A stretch of 64,000 bases of DNA from Selaginella moellendorffii (GCF_000143415.4 NW_003314287.1:1385514-1449513), one strand, 5' to 3'; shown: positions 10,888 through 23,513, counted from the stretch's first letter. The notes: generated by a model not told the origin, from the sequence alone. A program made the numbers and translations.

Positions 10888-12852
10888 ATGGGAGGGATTA
10901 TCGGAGTCCCGGTGATCGAGTGCGTCTACTTGGCTGGCTGTGCGCACTGGGCTTGGAAGCGCTGCATTCGATCCGGAGAAGACGATAGTCGAGGTAATTC
11001 TTTGCGATCCAGGGTGATTGATTTTCTTTCTTTGGCACTGTTATTTTCGAGAGTGATCTTTCATTCGTGATTGATTTTCCTTCTTTCTTTGCGTGAGCTT
11101 TCATACTGTTCTTTCGAGAGTGATCTTTCATTCTTCTTTCTTTGCGATGGAGTGACTGATTTTTCTTCTTTCTTTGCGTGAGATTTCATAATGTTCGTTC
11201 GAGTTTCGAGAGTGATCTTTCATTCTTCGTTGAGTGATTGATTTTTCTGCTTTCTTTGCGTGAGATTTCGTACTTCTTTCGAGAGTGATCTTTCATCTTT
11301 TGTTATAACTTCCAGGCTGGGCCGAGGCTGAGTTTGAGGATTTCAAGCCAGTTCCACACATGTGTCGTCTCGTTCTCGCGGTTTACGAGAAAGACCTCGC
11401 GAATCCACGCTGGGCTCCTCCGGGTGGCTATGGAATCAAGCTCCAGGACGTGGTAAAGAGAGTGAGCTACAAGGACACGCGCGGCAAAGCGCCACCTTAT
11501 CTCATCTACTTGGATCGCGAGAACTGCGACATTGTCATGGCGATCCGGGGCTTGAATCTCGTCAAGGAGAGCGACTACGCGGTGCTGCTGGACAACAAGC
11601 TGGGAAAGCAGATGTTCGAGGGTGGCTACGTCCACCATGGATTGCTCAAGTCGGCGGCCTGGGTTCTCAACAAGGAGGTGAAGCTTCTCAAGCAGCTCGT
11701 TGTGGAGAATCCTTCGTTCACGCTCACTTGCACGGGGCACTCGCTGGGATCCGGGGTTGCGGCTCTTCTCACGGTTTTGATCGTCAAGAACAGGAACTTG
11801 GTGGGAAACATTGCGAAGGAGAAGATCAGGTGCTATGCGATCGCTCCTGCGAGATGCATGTCGTTGAATCTGGCTGTGAGGTACGCCGACGTGATCAACT
11901 CCGTGATTCTCCAGGTAAAGGATTGAAACTTCTCTAAGTTTGTCTCTTGAAAGAAGATATACAAGTTCCATGCAGGATGATTTTCTTCCCAGGACTGCGA
12001 CGCCTCTAGAGGACATGTTCAAGTCCCTCTTCTGGTGAGAGCAATTTAATTCCATGTTCTCGTTTCTAAGTTCTTTCTTCGTTTTTTTTACAAGCTTGCC
12101 GTGCTTGCTTTGCATCATTTGCGTTCGAGACACCTTCCTCTCGGAGGCCAAGATGCTCAAAGATCCCCGAAGGCTCTACACTCCCGGAAGAATCTATCAC
12201 ATAGTGGAGCGCAAAGTTTGCAGGTAGTTTTCCTCTCTTTTTCGTCTCTCGTGGTGTACTTTCTCATCTGGATCATACCAGGTGTGGAACATATCCTCCA
12301 GTTGTGAAGACCGCGGTTCCCGTGGACGGGAGATTCGAGCGCATAGTTCTGTCCAGCAGCGCTACATCAGATCACTCCATCGTGTGGATCCACAGAGAAG
12401 GCGCCAAGGCCTTGGAAGTACGTGAAACTCTCTATTCTTTTCTTCCAAGTAAAGCTCTTGTTTGTTCGATACAGCTGATGGAAGAAACAGCGACAATGCA
12501 ATCTCCAACGCCCAACAAGATGGTCCGGCAGCACTCGATACAGGAAGAACACATGGAACAATACAAGGCCGCCATGGAACGAGCAAAAACGCTCAACATC
12601 CCCCACGCTCACGACTCTCCCTCGCAGTCCTACGGCACTTTCGACCACGTCTCCGTGGGAGACACCGACGAGAGCGACGCTGAGAACCAGGCCGAGATCT
12701 CAAGCTCGCACTCGCCATCGCCAGACGAGGAAGACGAGGAAGAAGAAGACTCAGCCGCAGTGAGCGAGGAGGAGAGCCTGGACAAGTGGAAGAAGTTCTT
12801 GCGAGAACTATTTCCAAAGGATCGATACGAGAGACTGCTAAGCACAGGCTGA
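10888..12852 (+). CDS. Class 3 lipase / mono-diacylglycerol lipase-like, multi-exon
   Basis: PVIECVYLAGCAHWAWKRC start; GYVHHGLLKSA; GHSLG serine motif; DDFLPRT; DHSIVWI. Confidence 0.92.
11012..11297. repeat. Degenerate tandem repeat (~4 units, 55-75 bp) in lipase intron 1
   Basis: Recurrent GTGATTGATTTT...TTCTTTGCGTGAG...TTTCGAGAGTGATCTTTCAT. Confidence 0.85.
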
Positions 12853-13251
12853 AAGTTTTACTACCGCAGTTCTTACTTTGATACTCTTCGCGATGGTCCT
12901 ACGTTTTTGTTGTACATTGTCACAGGACCACAACTATTTTGGAAGAACAAGCTTCCATAGCTTTCTTCTCGATCTATATCCTTCTTCCATAGCGTGATCG
13001 CAAGTCTATGATAATACTTATCCTTCTTCCTTAGTGTGATCGCAAGGATGGTTGCTATGATCATATATAACATGATCGCAAGGCTATGGTTCCTATAACT
13101 TATTCCTTTCGATAAGTGATGTATAACACAACAATATAGATACAAAACATTGTGAGTTCGTTTTGTTATTCCACTGGCTACTTCTTCTTCGTCATTGTCA
13201 CTTGTGTGAATCGTCCTTCCTTCTTCCACCATAGCCAGCTCTCTCACTCGC

Positions 13252-14703
13252 TCAAGCCGTGGCAGCCACCGCCTCCTTCTCGCGCTTGGCACGCTCCAAA
13301 ATCCTCCTCTCCAGCTCCGGCCGGAAGTGCCGGATCAATCCTTGCACCGGCCACGCCGCTGCATCCCCGAGCGCACAGATGGTGTGCCCCTCAATCTGCT
13401 TGGTCACCTCCTGGAGCATATCAATCTCCTCCAGGTACGCGTTCCCGACTTTCATCCTCTCCATGAGCGTCCACAGCCACCCCGTCCCCTCCCGACACGG
13501 TGTGCACTGGCCGCAGCTCTCGTGCTTGTAGAAATACGAGAGCCTGGCGATGGCGTCCACCACGTCCGTCGACTTGTCCATGACGATCACCGCCGCGGTC
13601 CCCAGCCCCGACTGGACCGCCTTGAGCGCGTCAAAGTCCATGAGCACGTCGTCGCAGATCTTCTTCGGCAGCAGCGGCACCGAGGATCCCCCGGGGATGA
13701 TCGCCAGCAAGTTGTCCCAGCCGCCTCTCACTCCCCCGCAGTGCCGCTCGATCAGCTCCTTGAGCGGGATGCTCATCTCCTCCTCCACCGTGCATGGCTT
13801 GTTTACGTGCCCCGACACGCAGAAGAGCTTCGTCCCCGAGTTGTTCTTCCGGCCAAAGCTCGCGAACCACTCGGGCCCCCGGCGGAGGATGGTCGGCGAC
13901 ACCGCCACCGTCTCGACGTTGGTGACGGTGGTCGGGCAGCCGTAGAGCCCGACGTTGGCTGGAAACGGCGGCTTGAGCCTCGGCTTCCCTTGCTTCCCCT
14001 CGAGGCTCTCGAGCAGCGCGGTCTCCTCGCCGCAGATGTAAGCTCCGGCTCCAAAGTGGACGTGGATGTCGAAGTCATAGCCGGATCCACAAGCGTTCTT
14101 GCCAATGTAGCCAGCGGCGTAGGCCTCCTTCACCGCGCGCTCCAAGTTCTTCCTCTCGTTCACGTACTCTCCACGGATGTAGATATACGCGGCTCTCGCT
14201 CGCATTCCAACGCCGGCGATCAAGCAGCCCTCGACGAGCTTGTGTGGATCGTGCCGCATGATCTCCCTGTCCTTGCAAGTCCCCGGCTCGCTTTCGTCGG
14301 CGTTCACCACCAAGTAGGACGGGCGTCCATCCGAGACCTTTGGCATGAAGGACCACTTGAGCCCGGATGGAAAGCCCGCCCCTCCTCGGCCTCTCAATCC
14401 AGACTTCTTCATCTCGTTCACGATCCAGTCGGGGCCCTTGAGCACCAGGTCCTTTGTGCGGTGCCAATCGCCCCTGGCCATGGCGCCCTTGAGGAAAGGG
14501 TCGTGGATCCCGTAGAGATTGGTGAAGATCCTGTCCTCGTCCTTGAGTCCGCCGAAGCTCGTCCTCTCTGTGGCCGGGGGCGGCGGCGGGGCTGGCTGTG
14601 GCGTCGCGGATTTGCTCGCGGCCTGGACGCTCATGAATCGGGAGCTCCCCGGGGAGAAGAGCCTGGCGCTGATGGTGGCGCGCAGAGATCTGGACGGCCT
14701 CAT
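13252..14703 (-). CDS. NDUFV1: NADH:ubiquinone oxidoreductase 51-kDa flavoprotein subunit, mitochondrial, intronless, ~483 aa
   Basis: ATG at 14703 with Arg/Ser-rich presequence; [51 protein letters not shown] Fe-S motif. Confidence 0.97.
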   Translation of the reverse strand: MRPSRSLRATISARLFSPGSSRFMSVQAASKSATPQPAPPPPPATERTSFGGLKDEDRIFTNLYGIHDPFLKGAMARGDWHRTKDLVLKGPDWIVNEMKKSGLRGRGGAGFPSGLKWSFMPKVSDGRPSYLVVNADESEPGTCKDREIMRHDPHKLVEGCLIAGVGMRARAAYIYIRGEYVNERKNLERAVKEAYAAGYIGKNACGSGYDFDIHVHFGAGAYICGEETALLESLEGKQGKPRLKPPFPANVGLYGCPTTVTNVETVAVSPTILRRGPEWFASFGRKNNSGTKLFCVSGHVNKPCTVEEEMSIPLKELIERHCGGVRGGWDNLLAIIPGGSSVPLLPKKICDDVLMDFDALKAVQSGLGTAAVIVMDKSTDVVDAIARLSYFYKHESCGQCTPCREGTGWLWTLMERMKVGNAYLEEIDMLQEVTKQIEGHTICALGDAAAWPVQGLIRHFRPELERRILERAKREKEAVAATA

Positions 14704-14850
14704 GGTGATCCCTGCGGAGCTTACCAGCGTGGTTGCGACCGCGAAGCTAGAGTTCCTCGCCCTTCTGTGAAGAAGCCCTACCACATAAAATATTTTGCCC
14801 AAAAATTAGGGTTCTTGGGATGCCCCCAGAAATTAGGGTTTTTGAGAGTC

Positions 14851-15936
14851 ATGGACGCCAAGCTTGGGGAGGCGCTCCAGCAAGGTAAATGCCCGAATTC
14901 GCTGTAAGCTCGATTCGATTTTGCGATTGGCAGCTCACGATCTGGCGGCGGACATGGTGAAGCAAATGGCGAACGAGCCTTCCGTGGGGCTTTACTTTGT
15001 CCAGCAGCACGTCCACAAGGCTGTGCCGGCGATTGTTTCTCTCAAGGTACTGTCCTGGCGACGAATTCTCTGCGAACTGTGCGAGCTTTTGCCAGGATCA
15101 AGTAGGCGATTGCGCTCACGACTCGGGGCTCAGCACTGAGGATGCCAAGGACGCGCTCGCTACTGTCAAGAATTTCAAAGGAGTCGGGCCTCCGGTGATT
15201 GAGAGAATGATCAAACGTCTCAACTCTTCGATCCAAGCCCTCCAATCATCCAGGTTTGAGTTCTTACTTTTTGCAAAAACAGCGATCTGTTTGAGAGAAA
15301 AGTGGCTTTTTGGTCGCTGAGAAGAGAGTTGTGTTTTGCAGGAGCAAGGAATCGAGCTACTCGGTCTCGGAGATGGCCAAAAACGCAAAAAAGCTCGTCT
15401 CCTCCCCGTTCAAGTCCGAGGAGTCCCCAACAAGCAAGCCCTCCGACTCGTCCACAAACTACGCGAGAAACTTATGGGACTCGGCCGTGGATCGAGCCAG
15501 CAGCTTCACTCGGAAACCTTCTTCTCCAATTCCAGCCTCGTCCTCTCCAACACCAGACACGCCGCCATCCCCTCCAGCTGAAGCTCCGGCAGCTTCTTCT
15601 CCATCTCCTTACGGCTACGTTCGCTTGGTTTTGGAGTCGGCCTCTCAGCGAGTAGGCAGCATTGGATGGAGCGACTCTAGCAGCAGCAAAGAGGACAGGG
15701 ACAAAACCACAGGATCCACGGAAGAACTCAAACTTTCCAGCGACAACTCGAGCAACAAACCCGTTCGAGCAGTGCTGGACACGATTTCTACGAGTAAAAC
15801 TCAGGAGGCCGAAGAATCAGAAGCGCCAGCAGGGGAAGGAGAGATTCCTGGGAACTCGACAGAGATTCAGGAGGGGTTTGACAGGTTCCAGGCGGAGAGC
15901 GCGGCTAAACTGGCGGCTTGGCTGGATAAGCCATGA
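14851..15936 (+). CDS. BORCS8/MEF2BNB-like protein, multi-exon
   Basis: MDAKLGEALQQ|...MANEPSVGLYFVQQHVHKAVP motif typical of BORC subunit 8; Ser/Pro-rich tail ending FQAESAAKLAAWL. Confidence 0.75.
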
Positions 15937-16340
15937 GAGAGAGAGAGAGAGCCAAGTTTCTTAAGCTCCGGCTATGGCGGTTTACACGTGGCTGCATGCA
16001 CGGGTGCATGGTCGCCATCCAAAAGCGCGGAGACAAATTCTGGAAGCCCATTTGGGAGAGAGGGGTCCGACGGAGCCAAGAAAAAAAAAAGAGAGGAAAG
16101 CTTCTCCACAGCGTCGCCGTCACTAGAGCGTCATGATCTTCGTGGAGTGGTGGCCAGCGTAAAAACTATTCTTCTTCTCCAGAGGTAAGTGGTTTTCCTT
16201 TGTTTCCTTAATCTCTCGAGCTTGGATTTGATCAGAGGATTGCTTCCAGATGATTTGCTGATAAGAAGAGAGCAAAGCAAAAGGAGAAGTAGTAGCTCGA
16301 AGAAGAACGAAGAAGAAGGGTGATTGATTTGGATAAGGAA

Positions 16341-16484
16341 ATGATACTCGTGGCGCTGCTGGTTCACTTGATCGGCGACTACTTCGCGACGGTGGTGAGG
16401 CTCTTGAGTGAATTGGTGAGAGAGGCTCCGCTGCCGAGCAGGATCAGGATCCTCATCCTCCGGAGGCTTCGCTCGGTGTCATAG
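16341..16484 (+). CDS. 47-aa small protein MILVALLVHLIGDYFATVVRLLSELVREAPLPSRIRILILRRLRSVS
   Basis: ATG 16341 to TAG 16484, below the ORF-track cutoff. Coding-like codon usage; a possible 5'UTR intron starts at AG|GTAAGT ~16185. Confidence 0.7.
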   Translation: MILVALLVHLIGDYFATVVRLLSELVREAPLPSRIRILILRRLRSVS

Positions 16485-16684
16485 ATCGAGCAAAGCGAGC
16501 TTTTTTACCTGGAAAATGGGGGATTGAATCGAAAAATTCTTCTTTGCTCGATCGATCTTCTCTCGGTTCTATTCCAAAGTAAGAAAGAGCTCTCTCTGGA
16601 TAAGTATGAAGGTCTTTAGAGTCGCGACGCTCATCTTTAATTTCCTTTGTTCTTCCTAAAACCCTAAAACCCCGAGACGGGGGA

Positions 16685-18013
16685 ATGGTCGCGCTCTCCA
16701 GATCCGAGCTCGATTACATCGAAGGAGGCGTCAAGCACGACTTGCGATCGGATGGCCGCGGGCGCTACCACTTCCGCAATCTCTCCATCCAAGTGGGAAT
16801 CATCCCCCAGGTAAGAAAGAAATCACTCCCCATTTTCTTCCTTAGCGTGAGAGTGATCTTCTTTGTCCTCTCTTTGTGTGTCTGTTGCTCTATCTCTATC
16901 GCCTTGCCACGATGGAAGCTTGCGCTAGTTCCCTCTCTTTAGTTTATCGATCGAAATTACACTGGTTTGATCAGGCCAATGGCTCGGCTCGCGTTCGTCT
17001 TGGAGGCACGGACGTGATTGTTAGCGTCAAGGTGATGGATGGAAAAATAGAGAAGAGAATTTTTTTTTCTTAGTTTTGCTCCTTGTTCTTAGGCAGAGCT
17101 TGGATCGCCTCGCAGCGGTCGACCAAACTATGGCAGCATTGAAGTTATGGTGGAGTGCTCGGCTACCGCTGGACCCGAGTTTGAGGTGATCGGAAGGTTC
17201 CACTACTCTCTTTTTCTAAGTTTCTTTCTCGAGCAGGGACGAGGAGGAGAGGATCTAAACATGGAGCTTTCGCGAGCTTTGCAACGCTGCTTCGTTGGTG
17301 GACCAAGCGGTGCTGGTAATCCATCCATCTTCCAAGCTTCCAAGCCTTGAAACTTTCCTACTTTTCTTCTTTCTCATCTCGGCAGGAGCGGCGATCGATC
17401 TGAGCACGCTGGGAATTGTCGCGTCCAAGTTTTGCTGGGAGCTCTTCGTCGACTGCCTAGTTGTAAATTCGGATGGGAATCTTCTCGACGCTCTGTCCAT
17501 CGGTGTCAAGGCAAGTGATGGAAGATCTGCAAGTGTTGTAACTCTGTTCCTCTAGGCCGCCTTGAGCAACACTGGCATTCCAAGCGTCAAAGTTACCGGA
17601 AACACAGCCTCGGAGGACGATGCGGACCTGGAAGTTGGGGACAATCCAGACGAGTTTGCTCGGCTCGACGCTTCCAAAGTGCCACTGATCATAACTCTCA
17701 CCAAGGTGCGGTTCGTCTCTTCGATTTCCTTCCTCCTCTGGCGCCACTGAAACTGTGAACTTTCTCGAAGATTGGCCGGCACTACATTGTGGACGCAACT
17801 CCGGAGGAAGAGATGGGAATGTCGTCGGCTGTGTCGGTGGCTGTGAACAGCAAAGGTTTGATTCTCGGCTTGACGAAACGAGGTGACGGAGGTTTGGATC
17901 CCAGCGTTGTCACGGACATGATCTCGGTGGCCAAGCACATTGCACGGGACTTGATAGTTTTGGTTGACACGGAGATTGCTGCGGCCGAGCTAAGGGCCGC
18001 TGAGAACCAGTGA
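16685..18013 (+). CDS. RRP42: Exosome complex component RRP42 (RNase PH family), multi-exon
   Basis: MVALSRSELDYIEGGVKHDLRSDGRGR, QANGSARVRLGGTDVIVSVK, CWELFVDCLVVNSDGNLLDA, VDATPEEE. Confidence 0.93.
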
Positions 18014-18165
18014 AGGAACCGAATTCTTTTATCTCTTCGTCTGTATATTTTAGTGTTTGGATTTCACGAGTGAGAGCCCCTAACACATTAGACGTGAAAA
18101 CACAGCGATCCAAAATAACAGCTGCTTACAAAATGGCCAAACTTTCTCTTTGTCGTCGAACACGC

Positions 18166-20586
18166 TCACGTTCCCTTGATCTTCCTCGAGGAAGGTGGTT
18201 TTCGGAAAAGGTCGTCCAATCCCTGGATAAGAAAACTATGAGCGCTGTTTGCAGCAAAATTTGTCAATCCCTGGATAAGAAAACTATGAGCGCTGTTTGC
18301 AGCAAAATTTGTCACTACCTTCGTTGTTACAAGTGCAATCACAAAAAGAAGCCCGAGGTATGAGCCAAAAGCCAGCATAACTACCAGATCGAATGTCACG
18401 CTCGCGACCTGGAAAATGCTGAGAACGAACTTTGTTGAGTCGTAAAACGTGAAGGATGAGTCCATTGTCTCGTGTTGGATTTTCACGTCCTCGATGCGAT
18501 CCGCAAGTTCCTGCTTGCAAAATACACGTTAGCGATGCAAAAGGAATGATGAAACAGAGCGTACCTTGTGAAATGCAGCAATGATTGGAGAGTTTCTGGA
18601 CAAAAATGGGGCCATTCTAGGCGTTCGCGAGAGTAAGTTCAACCATCCTTGAACGTATGGACGGCTGACTGCTAGATTACTCCCGTCGGCAAAGACTGTT
18701 ATATGCTTGTCTTGTTGATCGTATATGTATCTCTGCAAAAGTGTGCTCGACTAAATACAAGAGAAAAAAGAACCAAAGAAAATGTGACACATACAGCTAA
18801 AGATTCTGCAACGAGCTTGGTGCTCAGGATCACTTGCGTGATGTTAGCCCTGTACAACAATTTGAGACGGCTGTGCTCACACAAAGTTTCTGTAAAATAA
18901 GTACCTCGTGTCCACAATACTCCCCGCATTTTCTAGAAGCTCTGAAGGAGTTTCAAGCTCCGACAACGTGGCAGCCGTTATTCTCTGCCTGGAAAATTGC
19001 TCGTGCTCCCAAGTGACCTGACAAATGGAAAACAAATTCAGATTAATCCAAAAGATGCAGCTAGAAAAGAATTTCTCACCCGTGAGCTTGAAATGTTGAT
19101 CTTTTTGTGCTTAACCTCGACCGTTAGTCCCAACTCTGTCGCTACTTCAGAAAGTCCCTGCAAAAACAAGAATAATGAAACGAATTCCGACAAAAGCACT
19201 TATCAAATAAACCTCGTGTATTTGTCTGATATAAGCGTTTTCTGGTGGTTTAGAAACATGCAACCACAATTTTTCCCCAGATATAGAGCCAAGAGAATTG
19301 AGGCATATCGCATAGTCGATGCTCTCCCTAAGCCGTTGGTCAAAGCTCTTTAACCACTGTGAAAAAAGACCAAAACAATCGAAAACAAAGTTGTATGAAC
19401 TCAAGCGTACCTTAGAAGTACCCTCGTAATCGTAAGGCCCTCCAGCAGTCAAGCCAAAGAGAAGGTTGTACCGACCCCTCGTTTTCGGATTGGCATACAG
19501 ACGAGAAAATAGCCGAGCAATCTCCAGGAGTGCGACAGCGCCACTTCCGTTGCTATCAGTCCCAGCAGGAATCCCCTGTGCATCCATCACGAATTCAGAG
19601 GTCAACGAAGAGTCTATTGCGATGAGAAAAAACAGAAACTCAACTGGAGCCGCCCCAAAGGTATCATACCATGCTACTATAGCTATAGTTTGGACAACAG
19701 AACTATCACCCTCGCTTCTCAGTCCAGGTAGCCATGCCTGTCAAGTTGTAGAAACGTAAAAACCAGAAGACAACTATTTCGAAAATATTCTCGCTACCTG
19801 GATGTTGACGAGCGATGGAGGTGGAATTTTTCTGGGCTCAGGACCGGAAACAACTAGCTTAAACCTTTTATAGAATCCCAGTCAGGAAGGTTGTCAAACA
19901 GTCACAGAAAAAATCACTTACCCTCCAGTGGTGGCAGTGGCAGGCTTCCCCGCTAGATCGTTCGCTATAACTTCATCCAACAAAGCTTTGAGACTTGGGG
20001 TCTCGTAGACAAAGTAAACAGGATACTGTCAAAGAAAAAAAAACTTAAGCCCCGACCTTGTCATAGAAAACATCGGCAAACTTACAGGAACGTTGTTCTT
20101 GATGATCCAATTCTCAAGGTCACGCTCGACCTGGAGATTTTCATCCGCATCTTCGTCTTTGTTATCGTCGCCATGGCCTTTCTCCGGGAGCAAGAGCAAG
20201 AGTCCACCCAAGATTCGCTTTCCTTGAAGATACTCTGGAGCATTGGCACAGGTAAGTTTGCAACAAATCCGATAGAAAACCAAAAGGCTAGACCTCGAAA
20301 AGAGAACATCCATCTTACCATTGAGGAGCGTAATGTTGACCTTTGCAATGGGAAGAATCACGACAGACCTGGTAATGTCGGATCCAGGCACAGACAGTCC
20401 GGAGCTAGCGTGGTGATTCAAGCTCGCGCGCCGCGACCCCATTGGAATCCCTCGCAAATCGTACTGTATCGCGCGATAGACATCGAAGACGGAGGCCGCG
20501 TCGCACAGATCGATGTAAGCCGCGACGAGGAAGAGCAGCGCCAGGAGCGTGTGCCCGGACACACACACCAGCTGCATTCTTTCCAT
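18166..20586 (-). CDS. Nicalin (M28 peptidase-like ER membrane protein), multi-exon
   Basis: Signal peptide; VFDVYRAIQYDL; AWYDTFGAAP; GTDSNGSGAVALLEIARLFS; GGPYDYEGT; C-terminal TM helix. Confidence 0.9.
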
Positions 20587-20704
20587 GGATCGTACAGCGA
20601 TCGCTAGCTCACCTGTGAGAGTGGAGCTCGCCTCTCTGGCGCTAAAACCCTAAAACGCAGAAAGGAGATTTGCCCTAGACCGAAGAACGAAGAACGAAGA
20701 GAGA

Positions 20705-21213
20705 ATGATAATCCAGGTGCGCTGCGATTGTGGCGCCCAATGCAAGCAGTGGGCGATCATCGAGCTGCAGGGCTCGATCGAGCTCCAGAACCCCGAGCAG
20801 CAGCTCCAGGGCCTGGAGATTGGATCGCTTTGCCGGGCAAGCGAGGTATGTGTGAAAGTCGATCAAAATCTTGCTCACATTGGAAATCTCTCGATCGATT
20901 CAGGACAAGTTCTCCTTCACTGTGGGTTATCACGAGCTCGAAGGCCGCAAAATCACGCTTAAGAAGCCATTGCTTGTCCTCCGAAGCTCCAAATCTCAAA
21001 ATCCCCGAGTAGATGAAGCGCCATCCTCACCGGATTTGGAAGTGGTGGGCGTTGTACGGCACAAGATCTTGTTTAAAACCCGGCCAAAGGCGCTCATCTC
21101 AAGTAAGAACTCCTTTGTTCTTGGTACTATCTGGTTTTTTATATTTTTAAAGTCCCTGAAAACCCTATATTCCAGAGCCGGAGGTGAAAAGTAAAAAGCC
21201 ACGCCAGGAGTAA
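20705..21213 (+). CDS. CTF8: Chromosome transmission fidelity protein 8, 3 exons
   Basis: WAIIELQG, GLEIGSL, FTVGYHELEGRKITLKKPLLVL, VVRHKILFKTRPKALI; stop at 21211-21213. Confidence 0.9.
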
Positions 21214-21217
21214 ATCG

Positions 21218-21340
21218 CCGCCACGTTGGACGTGAAGGATTGCCACGTAGGGTCCGCGAATTGGGGGATGCGCGACACGCGTTCTTGCGACACTTCACGC
21301 CAACCGCGGACACGCGTCGCAAAAATCGCTACGTTTCGCG
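21218..21340. promoter_or_regulatory. Cluster of ACGT (ABRE/G-box-like) and ACGCGT (CE3-like) motifs
   Basis: CCACGT x2, GACGTG, ACACGCGT x2 and TACGT within ~120 bp, 200-320 bp upstream of the ATG at 21543. Confidence 0.55.
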
Positions 21341-21542
21341 ATGGTTTAAAACCCAAAGCTGCCTCTCCACTGGGGAACTATCTACACACTAGAGAGCTAC
21401 GAATCTATCAGAGGTTTGGGATACATTTTTTTCTTCTCTAGCTCTAGGAAGGATCTCTCATCTTCGTCCTCCTCTGGAATTTCTTCCACCTCTCTTTCGA
21501 TCTTACGTTTTCTCGTAGAGATCTAGTCGAGTTTTCGCTAGA

Positions 21543-21993
21543 ATGGCGAGGAAAGTAGCGCCCGCAGCTAAGAAGCACAAGAGCACGACCGGGGCAGTGG
21601 TGAAGAACAAGGTAACGAGCCCAATGGTGAAGTTCGTGGACATGAGAGCCGCGAGTGGCGAGAGAATGGCGATTGCTCGAGCGAAAATGGCCGAGAAGTT
21701 CAAGCATATGAAGGCGTCGATTCAAGTATCTATGGTGCGGTTCCGGCATCCCGTCAATCCGATTCACAGGGTTGCCGCTCGGGAAGCTGCTCAAGAGACT
21801 AAAGCAGCAGCAACAGGTACCGTAATCTCGTAATCTCTACATGTTTTGTTTGTTCTTGGGCTTAACACTTCTCTCCTTTGATTTTCCAGAGAGGAGAAAG
21901 CAAGCTGTGGCTGCTGCCAAGAACAACTCTTCAAGGAAAAGGGCGCTGATCCGTGAGAAGCGAGCACGAAATTTGAAGACGACTATGGCATAA
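21543..21993 (+). CDS. Small basic Ala/Lys-rich helical protein, LEA_1 (group 4 LEA)-like, 2 exons
   Basis: Spliced ORF MARKVAPAAKK...MAIARAKMAEK...AAREAAQETKAAATERRKQAVAAAKNNSSRKR...TTMA*. Family call rests on composition and the upstream ABRE cluster. Confidence 0.5.
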
Positions 21994-22214
21994 GCGCCCG
22001 TATAAGAAATCACTGATTGAGTACAATGTACAGTACAAGCATATGGGTTTCGCAGTTTTGTCATAAATCTGTTTTCTTATACTAGGTATTACCAGCTTTG
22101 TGTAGTTTCTTCGACTAAAAGCAAAAGAATCGTTTTTACAGAAAGAACTTTCAGACTATGATTTGTAGCTCTGTGGTGATCAAATAAATGTAACATATAT
22201 CATCTTTCCACTTG

Positions 22215-22900
22215 TTCCAGTCAAATCAATGCACACACGCAATCTTTGTTCGATTTCCTTGCGAAAGGTCATGGACTACTAGACTTCCAAACAGTTATAC
22301 CAAAAATGCAGATAAAAGGATTCTAGATAAAATTCCTAGTTTTTACAAGAGAGTATGCAGTCGACTACAGGATTTGCATTCAACAAGCTCTGAAAGGTTG
22401 AGAAGTTCCCCGATGAAATCATCTCCGAACTCGTGGATGATGTTATAAGCTCCCTACAGCCTGAAAACGAGATGCGTCGATCTTTCTTCAGAATTCTGCT
22501 GGCAAGTTTTCTAGATTCTTTCATTATTTTGGAGAATTTGTCGGGGTCGAACTATCTGCGAAGAAATGCGTTTCTTGCACGGGTTTGCAATACTTTTTAC
22601 GTGATGCTTTGTCTCTATGTTACATCTGTGAAGGTAACTATATGTAAGTTTCAACTTTGCCAGAAAGCTTTCTGTAAATTATGAGCACTCCATGTTGAAA
22701 CAAAACTCTTATTTGATCAGCCAAGAGAGAAGGTTTATCTGGGCTTTCCTCAAACCTGTGAAAGACTGCCGCCAAGGGGAGGTCATATACGGAAGAATTG
22801 ACTTGCGTCCAGTCAATCGTGTGGCTGCCGGTCAGAGAGACGTGTGTATAGAGGTCGGCCCCAGCTACAAGGAGCATGTATCAGTTCGAAGTTTCCGAAC
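22215..22900 (+). pseudogene. Decayed direct duplicate of the Dabb gene 3' part and the DUF538 gene
   Basis: CTHAIFVRFP..., GATGAAATCATCTC, CAGCCTGAAAACGAGATG match 25620-26290; GTCCAGTCAA..GTGTGGCTGCCGGTCAG matches 26930-26965; many indels and stops. Confidence 0.8.
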
Positions 22901-23513
22901 AGGTGCCAATGCTCCCAAATGTTTCAAGATGATAGAACGTAGAAATAAAAGGCTGGCTACACACGACCCAGACAAAGGGAACGATTTGAAGCTAAATAAT
23001 GCGAGAAGAGAGAGGAAACATTACCAGTCGTGATGTGTACCTACAATCTCTTGAATTTCCTCCTGTCCAACAATGAGATCGAGGTTAATGTGCGTGAAAC
23101 CTTATCTTCCATTGTTTTCATACCTCTTCCACCTTGAGCCTCAAAAATGTCACCCCTTACACAGCGTCTTCTGCTTCCTGTCCTAGACAGGAGTGAATCT
23201 CAACCTTAAGTAGCTCGTATTTCTTTTGGCACTTTTACATAAATTGGCATACTCCTCGGACGTGAAGAACACAACGCCAAAGGAGATCGGAGCCAGGCAG
23301 AAGAAGAAAGGAGAAGAGAAATCAATTCATTGGCAAGAAATGAGGGCTTACTAGCTTTGAATGTGTAGCAACTGCTTGTAGTCTTCCGCAGTGGTAGTCG
23401 TTGATCCGGGGATGCCACCGCTGCTTGGATCCTGATGCTTTGGAGAGAGATTTCTGGCTTACTGAAATATCTTGTCTTTGAGATTCGATTCTATACAAAC
23501 TATTTGTTTCGTT

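Noticed and set aside
12965-13090. Short GATCGCAAG-containing repeats between the lipase and NDUFV1 3' ends
   Set aside because: Small local slippage duplication with no evident structure.
13327-14907. 526-aa plus-strand ORF
   Set aside because: In-register antisense of the high-GC3 NDUFV1 gene, a common artefact.
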